63,268 nucleotides of DNA from positions 1 to 63,268 of the forward strand of contig JAAPAO010000145.1 in the NCBI GenBank assembly GCA_013115145.1, in the 5' to 3' direction. The notes under the pieces were generated by a model. It searched no databases. It was not told where the DNA came from and was given only the letters and a program-made list of their open reading frames with translations. Position numbers and translations under genes: made by a program. Source of the stretch: Perkinsus chesapeaki ATCC PRA-425. Its lineage: Eukaryota > Protista > Perkinsozoa. This document shows positions 61,264 through 63,268 of this stretch, in pieces. Every line of letters begins with the position of its first letter. The first letter of the stretch is position 1.

Positions 61264-61894
61264 ATGTCTCGGCATGGCGCGCCTCCCCCTCCACCAGGCC
61301 GGAATGATCAAGTTGCTGATATAAATCTCTTCATGATAGTCGACGGCAAGGACGATCTTCCACTGTAGGCTCGTCGACGTCTACTTGGGTAGAATGTTAT
61401 CAGATACTCGGCAGACATCAGCTCCCTTGTCGGGCGGCGAGATGACTCCCCCCATCTTGACCAATTCGTCATGCATTCGTCCTTGGATGTGATCGATGAA
61501 GTTATGTGGACGACGACAGACAACTTCTTCCCGATGGTGGACCGTTTTAACGACTTCCTAATATCAGCGTAGCGATGTCCCGCGGCCGATCCTTCTCCAG
61601 CGCTTTGATAGGTTCGTTGGTGCCTCTAATGTGAGGTTCCTCCTGCTCCATCGCCACGCATCTGTTCGATCGCCGCAGCAGCTCGAACAAGACGTGCAAA
61701 ACATCCGGACGTTTTTCCAGGAGGTGCAGAATTTTCGACTAGAAAATTGGTGACTTCTCTTGCAGGTGCACCAGCTGTTTGTTAAAGTGCAGATGAATCC
61801 TTTATATGGTTTAAAGACAACTGGTGGACGCCAAGTCCGATGTAGACACTTTGACTCGGCCGTTAAAGAACTTGGCCGACGACTTTTGTTGTGA
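61264..61894 (+). CDS. TRAPPC2: TRAPP complex subunit 2 (sedlin/Trs20), 4 exons
   Basis: NLFMIVDGKDDLPL|YSAD...HLDQFVMHSSLDVIDEVMWTTTDNFFPMVDRFNDFLISA|FVGASNVRFLLLH...IRTFFQE|VHQLFVKVQMNPLY...FDSAVKELGRRLLL*, matching sedlin motifs. Confidence 0.92.
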
Positions 61895-62452
61895 CTTGTA
61901 CTATGTTGAAGTTTCGATAACCGCAGCTTGGTGTTATCAAGTTGCCAAACAGCGCCAAGCTACTCCCAATCGGATAGAGAACTGAACCTTTTCGAGAGTG
62001 GGGAGATGGTGTTGACTAAAAGCCTGATGACTTCGAGGCATTCCGAAGTATCTTCCCAAGTTACTTGTAACCGATAAGGGCAGTACAAAGATGTTAACAG
62101 TAGCATGTTGGACATGACCTTAAATAGCGAGTTAATAGGAAGCCATTTTGTGAGGCTGCCGGGCTGCGAATCTTTGCAGTGCTGGTAGCAGCGCTACCTT
62201 CACTTCGGTGCTACCGTTGTCGGTAGTTGCAAAGCATTGTTCATTTGTTATACACAGTTAGCAGTTGCTGGTTCGGAACGTGCATTACATATGTATTAAC
62301 AAACGGTACTCAAGGACTATTATGGATGACAATGAATATCCTAATGCAGGATAGGAGGCATAACGAATAGCGACTAAGACAGATAAACTCGGAACCACAG
62401 ACCAGCACGAACTATGACGACGTCGACATGCTCCGGAGCAGTGTACGATAGA

Positions 62453-63223
62453 CTACACCTGCCCGGGGCGAACATTGGGATCATTTCTGTAAATCTTACA
62501 GGTCAAAAATAATGCGACTAGAGGGATAATAACCGAGGCGGTATCGAGTGGCTCAGGAAGGACATTCAACTGAGCAAAAGTAAGATCTCCGCCGATGATC
62601 AATGTGATGAGCTCGTAAACGACAGAGAGCAAAGCCACTGCCAGGGCTTCGACCCATTTTGACACGCTCTTGTCCTCTAAGAAAACATGCGCCACAAAGA
62701 CGAGAAGTGGTAAACGACATAACAGAAGAACCAGAGCTGAAGCGAAAGAGCGTAAAATCATCCACCCTTCCATATCAAGGGGCCGAGCCGTGCCATAATA
62801 GGCTACTAGACGACCGACACATGTCAGTTCTATTGGCAGAGATATAATAGTTAAAGTGGAGGAGCTGATCGTCCAAGGCCTTTTCCGATCTATTACATAT
62901 GCCTTCCGATCACGTACATACTTCTCAAAAGCTTCCAGTGAACCATACCAGTGTTTTATAATCCTGTGAAGTTGCACTTTATCTCTCGTTACTAGGCATT
63001 CTGCATCTGCAAAAGTGAACTCACTGGCTTGCCTATCCAAGTCCCTCCGGTGGGGCAGATACTCGTAAACGATAAATACCCCCCACAAGCTGGCCAGAAT
63101 AAGACACACCAAAACGGTGCCAAGATGATATTCAGCATTGCTTTGGGTCCGCGAACTGAAGAAAGCGAACTGAATTGACATCAGCATAACGCTCAGTGTC
63201 GCGGCACCGAATGAATCTATCAT
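62453..63223 (-). CDS. Multi-pass membrane protein, probably the 3' part of a gene continuing beyond the window
   Basis: 256-aa open frame with several hydrophobic segments and a soluble motif FTFADAECLVTRDKVQLHRIIKHWYGSLEAFEKYVR. An upstream TAG could be a splice acceptor. Confidence 0.65.
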   Translation of the reverse strand: MIDSFGAATLSVMLMSIQFAFFSSRTQSNAEYHLGTVLVCLILASLWGVFIVYEYLPHRRDLDRQASEFTFADAECLVTRDKVQLHRIIKHWYGSLEAFEKYVRDRKAYVIDRKRPWTISSSTLTIISLPIELTCVGRLVAYYGTARPLDMEGWMILRSFASALVLLLCRLPLLVFVAHVFLEDKSVSKWVEALAVALLSVVYELITLIIGGDLTFAQLNVLPEPLDTASVIIPLVALFLTCKIYRNDPNVRPGQV

Positions 63224-63268
63224 TTGGTGGCGAGCGCGAATCTAATCTTCCGGATGCGGCATGAAGAT

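Overview
Eukaryotic, intron-dense genomic window with many 30-60 nt GT-AG introns plus some long AT-rich ones. The architecture and protein sequences are most consistent with a Perkinsus-like alveolate; this is inference, not a database result. Manual splicing gives about 21 genes. Recognisable housekeeping genes: SPB1/FTSJ3 rRNA methyltransferase, a transportin-SR/TNPO3-like importin, an AGC kinase, the PP2A scaffold A subunit, RPS23, an RBM42-like RRM protein and TRAPPC2/sedlin. Also present: a CCCH zinc-finger protein, a CCHC-knuckle/RS-rich protein, a divergent intronless EMG1/NEP1-like SPOUT methyltransferase, two intronless EcKL/APH-like small-molecule kinases (second copy frameshifted, pair showing patchy gene conversion) and several hypothetical genes. 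The most striking finding is a tandem array of three paralogous six-intron genes (34.5-40.9 kb), fragmented in the ORF track and apparent only after splicing. Each encodes two SpoVS-like (bacterial Alba-fold) domains behind an Arg-rich, mitochondrial-presequence-like N-terminus, and the array is followed by an RRM protein with a similar presequence. Gene models are hand-spliced, so exact termini of the long genes are approximate. I found no tRNA, rRNA, CRISPR array or autonomous transposon.
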